From Enoplolaimus lenunculus (taxonomy: Eukaryota): a DNA stretch of 64,000 bases. Below are positions 1 to 13,293 of the stretch, piece by piece. The first letter of the stretch is position 1; every line of letters begins with the position of its first letter. The stretch is taken from the NCBI GenBank assembly GCA_030248215.1, contig JASANG010001649.1, positions 310,001-374,000 of the forward strand, written 5' to 3'. The notes under the pieces are model-generated. The model did not search any database. It had not been told where the DNA came from and saw only the letters and a list, made by a program, of their open reading frames with translations. A program made the translations under genes and the position numbers.

Positions 1-1
1 A

Positions 2-49
2 AAGAGAGCCGGTGAAATCTGGCGTGGAATGAGCGCTAGTGAAAAAGTG
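2..49 (+). CDS. HMG-box protein, penultimate coding exon (5' truncated by window edge)
   Basis: Reads KRAGEIWRGMSASEKV, matching HMG-box helix 2 (resembles SSRP1/HMG-D/NHP6-type boxes). GT donor gtacgt at 50, phase 0. Confidence 0.85.
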
Positions 50-505
50 GTACGTACCTCTCCACACTGACTGTTTTAATAGAAGGATCAATTTCCCCAA
101 AGTGATTATTTTATTACGGTATGACATGGATGGCTTAGGCTTAGGTTTACGCTTCAGCTTAGGCATGGGCAGAGATGGGAGAATAAATTAGCATGGCGTA
201 GAAATAGACCCAATTTAGGTTTAATCAATTATGCCAAATAGCCTGGAGCTAATAAACAGCTTAACTGATGTTCTTTTCAGACGGACGGACATACAACTCG
301 ACCCCCGAACACAAAATATAACACGATTCCCGATTTTTCAAACACAAACTCAGAAGATGTAACAGTATACCAGCGCACTGTTATTTGCAGAAAGTATCAG
401 CAAAGAATCGGCAATTTTTTCCACTGCTGATGCCGATTACTTGGCATATTCCTAGTAATCAGCTTTTGGCGTTTAAGTACGTACGCTATGATTTTTAATT
501 TTTAG

Positions 506-577
506 AAGTGGGAAAAACTGGCTGCTGATGACAAAAAACGATACGATCGCGAAATGGCGAGTTACAAGAAGAAATGA
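506..577 (+). CDS. HMG-box protein, last coding exon
   Basis: Acceptor tttttag ends at 505. Reads KWEKLAADDKKRYDREMASYKKK* (HMG-box helix 3), in phase with exon 2-49. TGA at 575-577. Confidence 0.88.
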   Translation, partial: KWEKLAADDKKRYDREMASYKKK

Positions 578-1928
578 TCTGGTACACCTGTTGAGCAGGT
601 ATATATGTATATAAATATTTTAGGGTTCAACCTGACTTCCTGTTCCGGATTTTTTCACCTTTCGGCTCCTGTTCCTGTAAATTTTAGCGGAATTAACTGG
701 AAATTAAGATATTTTACTAAAAATGACGATACAAATTAAATCGCCGGAAATAAACTATCTTAGGTAGATTTCGCCTACGTGGATTATGAAAATATACCAG
801 TCGTAGTGGGACTACATTTATTGAGCGGAGCTAACTATTCGATTATCGGTTTTGTAGGTTTGTAAACAATTTATTCAAATTCCTCGTGAAATATTGTTCT
901 AATTTAGGCTTAACTAATTATGCAAATAAACCTGTATCTACATAGTAAATGGCTTTAAATTTTAAAACCCCAATGCGACGTTAACACCCCAGAATAATTG
1001 GCTTTCAAACGATTTGAATTTTATGAGAACGGTTCATTTCAATTCACTTGTTCAAACAAACGCAAAAGAGGTATATAACAGTTTTCCTGACCGCACACAC
1101 TTATATGTGCAAAATATCGGCCAAGAATCGGTAATTCTTTGCAACACCGATGCCGATACTCCCGGAAAGTGCCGATTGTTGCCGACGCCGATTAATCGAC
1201 ACATCCCTAGCTCTAACCATCATAAACGATTATAATTTTAGACGAACGGTTCATTTCAATTAATGTTTTCAAACACAAGCGGAAGACAGATATCAGTTTT
1301 TCCGACGCCAATACTCAAGAAAACTTGCCGATTATTACCGATGCCGATTAATCGGCTCATCCGTAGTTCTCATCGCGCATTTTTCTACGTATATGAACGG
1401 GAATTAACATCCGGTTCCGGTGAACAATTTATTATCCGATTCCGGTAACCAGTTTATTATACGGTTGCGGCAAAATTAATACCAGAGATGCTCCGGAGCC
1501 GGTCAACGGCGTTGGAGCCTTTACCGAAGCTAGTCAGGGACCAGTTTATATATATAATCCGTGACATCCATGAAAACAATCATACCACGGTCGGTTTTTG
1601 TTTGAAAAATATGAAACTCGCAGGAAATTACTCAACACTACAAGGTTTTTAGATTCGGATGTGAAAAAGCCGAATCCAACAATGTTCGGAAACATTACAC
1701 CATGCTTATTAAACAGATACGATACTATTTTGGGTGCGAGGAATCTAAATAAATGATGTACAAACCCTCAAAACCGATACGTAATCGCATAGTTAGCTAA
1801 TAGCTAATTTGCATAGCCTAAATTAGGACTTTTTACAATATTTCACTAATTAATTTCAGCATTAGAGGGCTTTACGTGCGAGGAAATTAAATTATCGTTT
1901 ACAAACCTCCAAAACCGATAATTGAGTA

Positions 1929-2886
1929 CTGTGCTGACCCGAATAAGAGGGTTGACTGATATTTATTTGGATTTCCAGAGGGTACCCCCCCCTTTGTTAT
2001 TCGGTTACCATCCACTGACTTCAAAAGTTTATTTCTGTTAATGCCGCTTGGGACAAATACGCTTAAAAGCAAAACTTCAGTAACTGTTCTGGCCCGTGCC
2101 AAACCAGAATCTTGACCACGCCAATGCATACAGTATTGACCCAAATTAGAGAGGGAGGGGTAATAAGAGGGGGTGGTCCCCATTTTGAGCCCGAATCAAT
2201 TGGAGTCCGAATCCCTAATAAGAGTCCGTAAGCGGATAGAGTCCCTTAACCCTAATTAGAGTCCACAAATGTCAATTATATAACCCTAATTGTAGCGCAT
2301 AAATGACTCCAGGACCAAATAATTTAAGTTCAAAACTTTAAAGCGTACTTAAATTTTGAAAGTACATTCCTACGTATAACCTTGTATTATCGCTCAAGCT
2401 ATTGACAGAAAAAAATAAACGTTTAATTCAACAAATAATTGCAGTACCGGATATATCAGTAACGAAGGGAGACGGAGATTGGGTTGAAAATAAATAACAG
2501 TCCGTAACCGAATAACAAGGGGGTACCTTGTTATTCGGTTACGGACTGTTATTTATTTTTAACCCAAGCTCCGCGGCCCTTCGTTACTGATATATCTGGT
2601 ACTGCTATTATCCTTTGAATTAAACGTTTATTTGTCTTGTGTCAATAGCTTGACCGACAATACAAGGATTACTAAGGAATGTACTTTCAAAATTTAAGCA
2701 CGTTTTAAAGTTCCGAACTCAAATTATTTGGTCCTGGAGTCATTTATGCGCTATAATTAGGGTTGACATTTATAGACTTTAATTTGGGTTTAGGGACTCT
2801 ATCGGCTTACGGACTCTTATTAAGGATACGGACTCCTCTTGATTCGGACTCTGAATGGTGACCCCCTCTTATTCGGGTCAATACAG
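1929..2886. mobile_element. Non-autonomous TA-TSD DNA transposon (Tc1/mariner/pogo-like MITE) with a long internal palindrome
   Basis: TIRs CTGTGCTGACCCGAATAAGAGGG and CCCTCTTATTCGGGTCAATACAG, flanked by TA at 1927-1928 and 2887-2888. It interrupts a host repeat whose empty-site form (ataattgaaTAgttagc) is seen near 2995-3012. Confidence 0.85.
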
Positions 2887-3136
2887 TAGTTATCTAATAG
2901 ATAATTTGCATATTAACAGTTTTAAAGCATAAATTAGACTTTTTACAATATTTCACGAGGAATTCGAATAAATTGTTTACAAACCTACAAAACCGATAAT
3001 TGAATAGTTAGCTAATAGCTAATTTGCATATTAGCTTAATTGACGAGACTGAAAGGTTTTTGGGTTTGAGGAATCTGAATAAATTGTTTACAAAACTCGA
3101 AAACCGATAAATGAATAGTTAGCTAATAACTAATTT

Positions 3137-3521
3137 CAGTGTGCAACCGGAATTCCGGTTCCGGTTCCGGCATTTTTTCACCTTCCGGTTCCGGTAAATT
3201 TTTACCGGATTTAAAAATTCCGGTATTATAATTTGGCCGTTTTCTTAACTTTGTTAATTTTTAGGAATGTCTTTTGAAAGCCACTTGTACTCCGAATATA
3301 AGCCATTGATGGTGGATTTCACTTCAGTCGATGATGAAAATCTAAAATACAACAAATAAAATGAATACCTATGTTCGACTAAGGTTATTTCACAAATAAT
3401 AGAGCAAAAAATAAGATTAAAATGAAATTTTTGGTGAAATGCATTTTTCACTTTCCGGTTCCGGTAAAATTTTCAAATTCCGGTTTCGGTTCCGGTAAAT
3501 TGTAATTCCGGTTGCACCCTG
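3137..3521. mobile_element. hAT-like MITE, family A (CCGGAATTCCGGTT-rich)
   Basis: TIRs CAGTGTGCAACCGGAATT and AATTCCGGTTGCACCCTG, with perfect 8 bp TSD ACTAATTT. Confidence 0.88.
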
Positions 3522-4195
3522 ACTAATTTGCATAGTATCACATATGTTTATTAAGCATGGGGTACTAAAGTTGGAATCGGCATCGGCAAAATTTCAAAAT
3601 AAGAATCGGCATTGAATAAGATTGATATCCGCGCATGTGCGAAGTTTTTCGTGCTTAGATTGTGGTTTCTTTTGAAACTATTGTTACCGCGTATATTGCT
3701 TACGTATTTTCAGGATAGTTCAAAAGATGATCTCAGGTGTACAGTTACTGCTCATTCGTAAGTTATTCAGTATTTACTATGTTGTACGTATCAGCAATAG
3801 GCGGTTTCTCTTTCAGCTTGTCTCAGTTTTTGGAGTCTCAGTAGGTTTCAAACCTAAATCACAGCTTCAAAACTAAATGACCAACTACGTTTTAAAATTG
3901 TCTTTTGACCTACTAAAAGTTCTGTCAGTTGAAAACTGGTGACAAATATATAATCGTTTCTTGAGCTCAGACTGCTAAAAGTTTGGCTAGAAAACCTTTT
4001 TAATGAGAGCAGAAGATATAGTGTTGAATTAATAACGAGAACGTTCTATAACATTGGTGTAAAAACCGCACTTAGTCCTGTTTTATGCAAATTCATAATT
4101 TGCTCCTCGTTCCCGTCGAAAACCGAGAGTTCACAACCGCGTTACATTCATACATAGTTCACGAGTTACACATAGTAATTTATTATACCTAGGAT

Positions 4196-4601
4196 CAGGG
4201 TGCAATTGGAATTACGTACAATTTACCGGAATCGAAATTTGAAAAATTTCCGGAAACGGCATCGGAACCGAAAAATAAAAAATACATGCCACCGAAAATT
4301 TCCTTTTTTGCAATATTATTGGTGAAATAACTGTAGTTGTAGATAAGTATTCACTTTATCTGCTGTGTTTAGATTTTCATAATCTACGGAAGCGAAATCT
4401 AACCTTCGATGGTTTTTTTGGTGATAGTCAAGCTTTGCATGCTGTACTAATGAAGTCTAGTTAATTTTTATCGTCATTTTCTAGCAAAATATCTTAATTT
4501 CCGCGGACCAAATTTTAATTCCGGAATTTTTAACTCATGTAAAAATTTACCGGGTCCGGAAAGTGAAAAAATGCCGGAACCGGAATTCCGGTAGCACCCT
4601 G
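4196..4601. mobile_element. hAT-like MITE, family A, opposite orientation to 3137-3521
   Basis: Termini CAGGGTGC...GCACCCTG, perfect 8 bp TSD CCTAGGAT. Internal sequence resembles the reverse complement of 3137-3521. Confidence 0.88.
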
Positions 4602-5563
4602 CCTAGGATGGATGCATATATGTATACCCAAGCCCGTTTTCCCTCTGAAATATTCGAATATTCGTCACGAAAGGCTCCGATACGTGGCGGTGAACCAACG
4701 ATTTATTTTTATTTATTCCTTTTGTAGCAAGGTTCCATGCGTAACTGATAGTGCTTTTGGTATAGAAATATATCGGAATTATGAAGTTTCTCATTCGTTT
4801 GCACCCTGCTTTGTAGCATTCAGGCGCCGGATAAAGTATTTCTGCTGTTTCAGATATGTACTTGTAAGCTGTTGGATCGATAACGTGCAACATGATTGTA
4901 TTATAATTATTCGTTTTGTTTATGTATTGTTCTTCGTAAAATTCCACACTTGTAGCTTGTAATCATAAAAATACAATACATTGTCTAACAGTAACAGCTT
5001 TGCCTGCATGTTTTTAATTTTGGTTTCCAACAAGTTTTAAGGCAAGCAGCTGTTAACTTATAGTTTTATAGTAGTCAGTTTTTTTATTTTGATTACACTA
5101 CGTAGTAATTATTTTTTCACTATTGCAATTTTCAAAGAAATTAATTACGTTCCTGGTATTGTACATGAAGGGTTGAAACAAAGTTGATCGTATAATGTAT
5201 CTTATGTAATATTGAATCGCAACACTTCAGGACTACGTTTTCCCTGTTTGCCAACATGGTTTTTACTAAAAGAAAATTATCATTCATCCTATTGCGTTCG
5301 ATGTTACAAGAAATTTGATTGTGTTAATGTAGTAGAGTTTCAACATTTCTTGTCGCTATTAGCACGATTCTTTTCTAAAATCGGAAGCAATATAACTGGA
5401 GGTTCATTTTGAAACCTAATACTGCTTGTTTATCATTCTTTATTCTGTATTCAGAGTTGGTGTTTCTGAAAACATGAAATTTGCATGATTGATATAACTA
5501 CCGTTGTGTGTTTCTGGTTTAACCCATTATCAATAACAATTGTATATTATACTGTTATTTGTG

Positions 5564-5569
5564 AATAAA
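5564..5569 (+). promoter_or_regulatory. Candidate polyadenylation signal of the HMG gene
   Basis: AATAAA at the end of a long T-rich UTR-like stretch. Not unique, so tentative. Confidence 0.35.
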
Positions 5570-8500
5570 GACTTTAGGCCGCAAATTTAATACTGAGATT
5601 TGTAGCAACACAATAATAGCGAGTAATAGTAAATTAGCGCACCTTAGCTTTTTGTTGAAATATGCACTTTAGCTGGACATTAAAGCATCCGAATCAGTAG
5701 TTTTTTGGTATGTTCGTTACTTAATTTGTGATCCAAGTTGGTTTTGGAACAATTTGGCTATCGATGTGTTATAAAATTCATGATTATATTTCCGTCTCTA
5801 CTTTAATATCGATTTGACAAGGGTATTTCAATCAGTTTATATATTCAATGCTAGTTTCATATTCGAATTTAGTGTTTTTCAGTTTATCTGTTCATATGGA
5901 ATTAGCACAAATGGTGTGTAACTGGTTCTCGTTTACGGTGCAGTTTTAGTAAACTTGTTCTTTTCTAATATTTTGAGCTGCTGATGCTTTTATCTGACAT
6001 TTTTAGATGCTCAATCTTACACATTAGCAATGAAGGTTTATTTGAATATTTTTATTACGTTTTCTTGATCCATCCCTAATACTTTTGTTACAATTCGCGT
6101 TTTCGACATTGCCGAGTACCTGTCTTACTAATACTTCGTTTCATTTGCGGGGCCCATAAAACATTCGGAGTGGGACGCTTGTGACAGTTTTCGTAAGGTT
6201 TAAGCAAATTTTTTCCAACACTTCCGCCCCTGGTTTTCCCCATGACGCATTTACATGGTTAGGTGCGCGTCGCATACTAAGATTGTTATCGCATATTTCA
6301 GTCTATTTCGGACATGTAGTGCAGTTACCACTTACGGCTAGTCACCGGGATATCCAAAATTTTAAAAATCAAATTTTTATGATATACCTATATCGTTTCC
6401 GTTTCTAAAAGTTTACTAAACATCTAGACTCAGTTAAATAAGAAACGACCTCGTTGTTAAATATACATTAAACTAAGAACAAATTGAGGAGTATTCATAT
6501 GCTTACAGAATACAGTTTCCCGCATTGTTTCTAAATGTTTTATGTACCACAACATGTATTCATTCAGTTATTTTTACCATCTGTTTATCCCAGATACTCA
6601 AAATATTTTTAGCGCACTATGAAGAATGCATGATTCTGACACTTTAGATTGTAACATTTTGCATAATTTTTACACAATTTATTTGTTTTGCGTGATTTGT
6701 TTTAACTTTTGGTTCAATTTTGGGTAAAAATTGCCGAGGTTTTGTAAAACAAGTGTAAAACCAAAACATTTAACAATAATGAACAGATATTTGCTGAAAT
6801 TAAGCAATTGAACATCATTTTAACGGCCGAATTTCGTCTCACCTCCAACTCTGGTAAAATTTGTTGACCTTCTTCTCCGTTTTTTTTTCTTTTTTAGCGT
6901 GGACCAATGCAATTTTATTTTGTTGATATGCACATTTAGCTCTGTCTCAAATGTTTGAAGTAGGTATCTCAAAGTGCTCCCAAAAAGTGGTAAACAAAAA
7001 GATTATGGGCGACATAAATGATTTCTGATACAGGTATTCTGCATGCTTCTTTAATGACCCGTGGAGCGAAGCTCCAATTGCCCTGAATTCTCAAAAAGAG
7101 CTGTAAAAACAATTTTAGACAGTGCACGTTATTGCTACAATTAACACATTATCATATATGGTTATATATTATTATTATTATTTCATTTTGGGATACCTCA
7201 ATGCCCTATGTTACAGGCTGTATATATATTTCCTTCCGACCAATTCGTCACCACTGGAAAGATCGGCCGACCAATCTTTCATCCTAAAAATTCGGCCGGC
7301 CATATTTCCCTTTGTTTAGTTATTTTTCCGCCCTCACAAACTAGACTTACCGTTATTGAATAAATTAAGTTTCGCACAAAGTAAGGGTTCTTTATATCCT
7401 AAATTCGAATCGGAAACTGTGTTTTTAGGTTCCCAGCGTTTTATTGGTTTTAAGGTCTAATTGTTGAAAAAGTGTGTTTTTTGAGCCCCGCAGTGTTTTT
7501 AGGATGTGCTGATCGAAATTGTTTTTCAAGACTGGTAAAGCGCAACTGCTAGTTTAAATGTTTTAGAGGAAGAACAATTGGTTAAATTTGTAAAAAAATT
7601 TTGAATTTTTGTGCTCGAATGCGCATTGTTTCAAAAATTTTCGTTCGTTTTAAAGGATAGTTTGACCATTATGTTGAATAACAACCATTTTGCACAAAGC
7701 TCTCTACAGAAAAGGTAGTGATATTTTTGACGTAGGTAGGTATATATGCACGGGTAAAGAAATTCATAGAGCGGGTAAAAACTTACGATTTCTTTACCCA
7801 CCTAGAATTTTGGTAACAAATGACTGAAGAGGCTTAACTTTAATCCTGCGTTACATTGTTTTAATGAATAGAGTAATGGTTTGTTTTACCATAGGTATCA
7901 GGATACAGTTGGAGATCAATTTTAACGCCAGCAAAAGTTTTATTTTTCGTATTTTTTATAAATGTGTCGTACATGAAGTTGTTTGTAGCTTTCGAAGACG
8001 ATGATAGGGGTGACCGCGGACTAAAATATTTTCAACCTCCGGTCCAAAATTGCTAACTTTTTGCACTTTTTCTGAAAAATGTCCCAAAAAGTTATCCGCT
8101 TCGCACGTAAAAACTAAACTGATCAAATTTTCAGTGTTTTAGGTTACCAGCGAGTAACTTTCTAGTGAAATCTTGTCATATAAACGTGTATTTTGAGTGT
8201 TCGGAATTCCCACGTACCTTCGCCGGAATAATCCAGATTCCAATACTCCCGGAATTCTTCTGAACCACAGATGGTCAAGTGTTTTAGTGCGCCCCTTCCT
8301 TACGCTCGGCGGATCGCCGCCCTGGGTATGTTTTGAGTAATTTAAGTTTTAGCGGAGATTTTTTAAAATAAACTTAGACTAACTTTTGACAACTCTGCGG
8401 AAAGTAGGTTGGTATATATAAAAACAAACTCCAGTTCCGGCAAAACTTGTTGACGATCGGCTGGTTATTTTCCACCTCCAGTTGAATCCTGCCAGTTTGT

Positions 8501-8752
8501 GTAAACTTTTTGTGACGTAAACCGAGGCCAAGCTTCAATACCCTGGAAAATTAGACGTTTTCTTCGAACACAAAACAAAATTGAGGGTCTGTAATGGTGG
8601 GTTTCGAGTAATGCAATTTTCCGCGCTGGGAAAAATATGTTGGCTAAATATTATTTTAATACCCTAATTTGGTTTCACAAGTGGAGAAATAACCCATGCA
8701 GAGTCTAAAAGGCAGTAACTGTATATTATGCTGAGGCAGTAACCGTATATTA

Positions 8753-9414
8753 TGCTGGGTTCATGTTATAACTGGTGCAGCCCAGAATACGTTTTGTCCA
8801 TGTTGATTCGACGTCAACGTTATTGTGATGTGAATATCGGATATGTAGACACAATGTGAATATCACATGACATTGGCTTACAAATCCTTGATCTCCAGTA
8901 ATCATCGTATACAAACAGCCATATGTAATATGATACTACGGAACATTTATGTGAATATCATATATTCCGAAATTCTACCCAATCACATGATATGATGTAG
9001 TACAATGTAATTTTTGCGCACTAATAATACAATGAAAAGTCGGTAGCTTCCAGTGATTTCGAATACTTTCTGTTTCTGGCGGAAATTTTGTCTAAATATT
9101 TTGTCTATTGGTAAGTACAACTAATTTAAATTTCAAATTTTAGTATCATGATATTATTCTACAGGACATTGACGCTATAGTTTACCACAACCTTACAGAC
9201 ATTTTCAAACATAGGTATATGATATTGACTGACAATATTTCGAATATCATATGATACTGCACTATATACAAACACTGATTGTCACATCAGGATAACGAAC
9301 AATTCAAATTTTCTGAAATCGATAGCGCATCTACGTACAGACAAAATCTTACTCGTTATTGAAATGGGGACAAAACGTGTTCCAGGTTGCCCCAGTTATA
9401 ACGTGAACCCCGCA
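8753..9414. mobile_element. MITE-like element with ~45 bp imperfect TIRs
   Basis: TGCTGGGTTCATGTTATAACTGG...GTTTTGTCC is mirrored by GGACAAAACG...CCAGTTATAACGTGAACCCCGCA. Internal gatat/atatc sub-repeats. Confidence 0.7.
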
Positions 9415-10880
9415 CTAAGCACATTCCTAAGCCCAAGCTTGAGCTTAAGCAAAATTAGTTCAAAATGTGATCCTAATTTATTGTAGTCGTGCGAGAAAAA
9501 TAGCGGTCCTATTTTTAACTGTACTTGCAATTAGCATATTCAAAATCATTTTTATTACCTGTTTATGGTTCAGTAATTTTTAAATGTTTTTAGTAATTCT
9601 GCGAAAGTCGCTTTTGATTGAGCTTATCTTAATATCTGTTAGCTTGGGTGCCAATTTAGTTTGACATTAGTAAGGAATAACGATTACAAATGAATAACCT
9701 TGCGGTCTTGATGCATTTTTCAAATTACAAAAATTACAAATTTTCGGACAAAGAAAAAAATCAACTCATTAGAAAGAAATATTTGTTTCAAGATTGTTGA
9801 CGGAAAAGCAAATGGCTGCAAGCTTCAGCCACAAATTTCACGAAATAAATTTGGCTAACAAACGTTAGGCCTAAATTTCGTGAGTGCGACTAGGTTAAAG
9901 AGTGAAGTCCTATATTCCAAAAACTGGTTCCTAGATTCCTGGGTGTGAAATTAGCGCTATGAATGTACAATTGGTATGCAAAATTGGGCTGAAGTTCTTT
10001 AGTCCAAATTCTCCAAACAAAAATTGAACTGAATGAGGGGAGAGAAATAACGAACCCAACTAGGGTGTTCCGCTACTAAACTCGGTATTTTTTACCAAAT
10101 TTTCCGTTGTTCTGTTTCAAGATATTACACATGTTGACCTTTATTTGAAGAATTTTTTGTATTCGTGCAATTTACAAAAAGCACGACGCTAGCTAAATCT
10201 AAAATTTGCATATAAATTTCGTTAAAATTGTTATTTATCGGTCGAATTCAAGCAATCTGTTGCGGCGTGTAAACAGCTTTGGCGATAAATCGTCGAAAAA
10301 GCCTTTGATAATCGTATTTTTAGGCGCACAGCGCTAAAATATACCTTTAGACATCAAAGTTTTCACCTTATGATTCAGCTGCAATGCCAGAAAAAGGGTT
10401 CTAAGCTTATATATCCAACAACCGCGTTTTATATATACTGTTCGTTACACCACGGTTGCTATATACTATGTGCTGCAAAGCGGGTGTTTATACTAGGACG
10501 TTTGCAGTGAAAATAATAATACGACATTCGTTTTATTTCAAAATTCGAATAATTTAAATAAGCAAATTTGCTTGGTCAAGATTAACCACAATTAATAGTG
10601 AACGAATTATTACATACATATATAGATTGAAACATGAGTTAAAGCCGGAAATACAAGATTCAGTAATAAAACGTAAATTTTTGACAATATAATAGACTTT
10701 CACCATTTCAACTTGGAGCACCCTGTTGAAATTTTGGAGTATATACGAAATATGACAGTTGTTACTCAAATTTCGCCTAGCTGATTGGATTATTTGTAAC
10801 CTGCCAAACAGTGATGTGTCGAATAAAGCAGTTTTAAAAGCAGGCGGACTTGCAACTGATACTTAAGTGCTATACATATA

Positions 10881-11014
10881 CGGGTCCATAGCCAAGAGGG
10901 GGGCTAGAGAGGGCTCAGACTCCTAGAAAATTTTCAACCCGGCTTAAAATTGTTGTATGTCGCTCCTGAAAAATTATTATAGCCCCCTAGCAAGGTGAGC
11001 TGGCTACGGGCCTG
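10881..11014. mobile_element. hAT-like MITE, family B (CAGGCCCGTAGCCAG termini)
   Basis: Ends CGGGTCCATAGCCA...TGGCTACGGGCCTG. Similar copies at ~26722, 38656, 46119, 48472 and 54087. Confidence 0.75.
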
Positions 11015-11190
11015 TACTTAGGCACCTGTTTAAGACAGACCAGTAAACGCTAAATGGCATTGTAGCAGACAGAGTACATAGTTTTTAGCTTTATGAAAAA
11101 TTGCATATATACAAGGATATTTGTAGGTATATACGTATATATACAAATGTCAAAGATATAGTAAATTTGCTTCCGCTGTAAGCCAAATAG

Positions 11191-11944
11191 CAGAGTTCCA
11201 ATCGGAAGTACATTTTGTTGGAAACGGGATCAGAATCAATTTTTTGTTGAAAAAGGAATCGGAATCGGAATTTAAGTTTTACACGATCTACTCACACTGT
11301 AGACTTATGATATTAATGGAGCCCTGCCAAGCCTAAGAACACTGGATCCGCTTAGTTAACATGCAATTAAGCAGTTTTAGCATTTCGAAACTATAAATAT
11401 GAAGTCTTACGAAACCATAAATAACAGGACCCAGATTTTTGAAAATTAACCAATTCGACGAATGGAGATACTTAATATCTTGGGTTTGTGATTACAATTC
11501 AGTACGAAACTGTCAAAATGAGCATTTGTCATGGAGTAAGGATATGGTCGAACCAAAAAATTTGTCTGGCTAACATCACAGTGTTTGCCGCTATGAAATA
11601 GAATTTAAAGTTTAGACTTTGTAATTCGTTTAAATGTGAAACTTAAAGTTTTTAATTGCAGTCACATTTTAATAATTGCAGTAAGGTTTCAATAATCAGT
11701 GGAATAATTTGCTCTGCAAGATGTTCTTCAAGCAACAAGTGAGAATAGTTACTAAGAAAAAACATTCAGATTAATAAGTGCAAACGAACGAAACAACAGG
11801 CAAAATCTAAGTCCAATGACCTTTAAAGTTCGTAACCGCAAAACCACAATTCCGGCATCGGAATAGCAGTCAGTCGGAATCGGGATCGTAAACCAAATTT
11901 TATATAGGAATTTTAGCCGGAATCGGAATTTCGTTGGAACCCTG
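11191..11944. mobile_element. hAT-like non-autonomous element
   Basis: TIRs CAGAGTTCCAA and TTGGAACCCTG, TSD CCAAATAG/CCAAATAA (7/8), subterminal GGAATC repeats. Confidence 0.65.
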
Positions 11945-12648
11945 CCAAATAACCAAAATAGCAGGCAGGCGTACTTTCCAATAGCAAAAATTGTAACGTT
12001 AAATCTATTGATTTGTCAAATAAATGCCAAAAATCACATACATTAGCTCACAAATTATTTATCTACTGCACTTTTTCATAGGTAGTTCGTCTAAATAACC
12101 ATTACCACCAGGGACATCCAAAGCACACTCTATTAATTTGACGCTTCTTCAATGAAGTGGTTTTCTTTGTGCCGTATAACAATTCTCTTGTAGCCTGAAA
12201 CGGCCTGAGTCACTACTTCATAAAATCAATAAATAATGACTTCAGAATGCTGATTGGTGGCCAAACTCAAACTGACCAAACAATGTGTTTTTTGCGGTTT
12301 TGAGTCGCTGCAAATTATCACCGTTATATTCAAGTATTTTGAGCGATCTTCTGTTCTTGACTTTAAGCACAATTATGGAATATAAGCTATGATGTTATTG
12401 CAATACATAATGTCATGAATTCGAAGTTTCAAGCATACAGCTTAATGTTAATTGAGGTCGCTTATTACTTTCCACATATGCGGTTAATCTTTATCCCGGT
12501 ACAGGCTTTTTTGCCAGATTTATTTTTAAGTCATACCACGCATATGCAAACACGGGTATAGAGAGTTAATCTAGCTATACACACCTTCAAAATAGCAGGA
12601 ATGATTCAGTGATTGCTTTTACGTAAAACACTGGCTTCCGTTCAAATT

Positions 12649-13085
12649 CTAAAATGATGTCACATTTGTTGGCACTTTGCCAATAATTTTTGTAGTTGTA
12701 GTGCTTGTTTGTGTAGCCGATATATGGTTGCCAGCACCGATACTTCCAGCTTCCATATCGTGTGGTTCGCGATAGTCTTTCAGTGACGTTTCCATCGTAA
12801 TCCGATGAGCAATTCTCGTAACACCAAGTTTAGTAAACGCAGCACGATCAAACTTAGCCAATGAACGACCGTCAATTTGAGCGTGGGAAAATCGTCGCTT
12901 ATATTCCGACATATAAATTGCGTCCAACCAATCAGAAACGTCGCCAACCGTCCATGCGTTTAAACGTCGCGATTTAAAGTTGCTCCCTGTTGTCAAAGTT
13001 GTTGCGCTAAATTTTACGCCGTTTACGCTATCGGTATTAAGTGCGTTTTGACTGTTGGTTTGTTTGCTAATTGGTAACGCTGCTC
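12649..13085 (-). CDS. SHANK: SHANK coding exon 22 (last): SAM domain and 40 aa tail
   Basis: Acceptor tttatag, phase 1. Encodes WTVGDVSDWLDAIYMSEYKRRFSHAQIDGRSLAKFDRAAFTKLGVTRIAHRITMETSL (Shank-type SAM) and ends VTSF*. Confidence 0.95.
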
Positions 13086-13293
13086 CTATAAACGTGTTCC
13101 ATAATTAAAACTACGATTGTTAGTTTTAAATATGAAGCCTATGCCGAAGAAGTGAGAGGCTAAAACTATGCATGGATCCACTCCAAAACATTGTTGAAAT
13201 CCTAAGGCATGCAACCTAGTTAATTTACCAAAACATAATACACAATATCTTCTGTTTATGATTAAAAATACGCTAACAAATCAACTAATTTAC

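Larger units (their letters stand above)
599..3713 (+). other. Probable intron within the HMG gene 3'UTR
   Basis: CAG|GTATAT donor 21 nt after the stop and TATTTTCAG acceptor ending at 3713. The interval is repeat-filled, and the sequence after 3714 is T-rich and UTR-like. Confidence 0.5.

Noticed and set aside
2..577. Assigning the HMG gene as SSRP1 or HMGB
   Set aside because: Only 39 residues are visible. They are SSRP1-like in helix 2 but NHP6/HMGB-like in helix 3, so no symbol is given.
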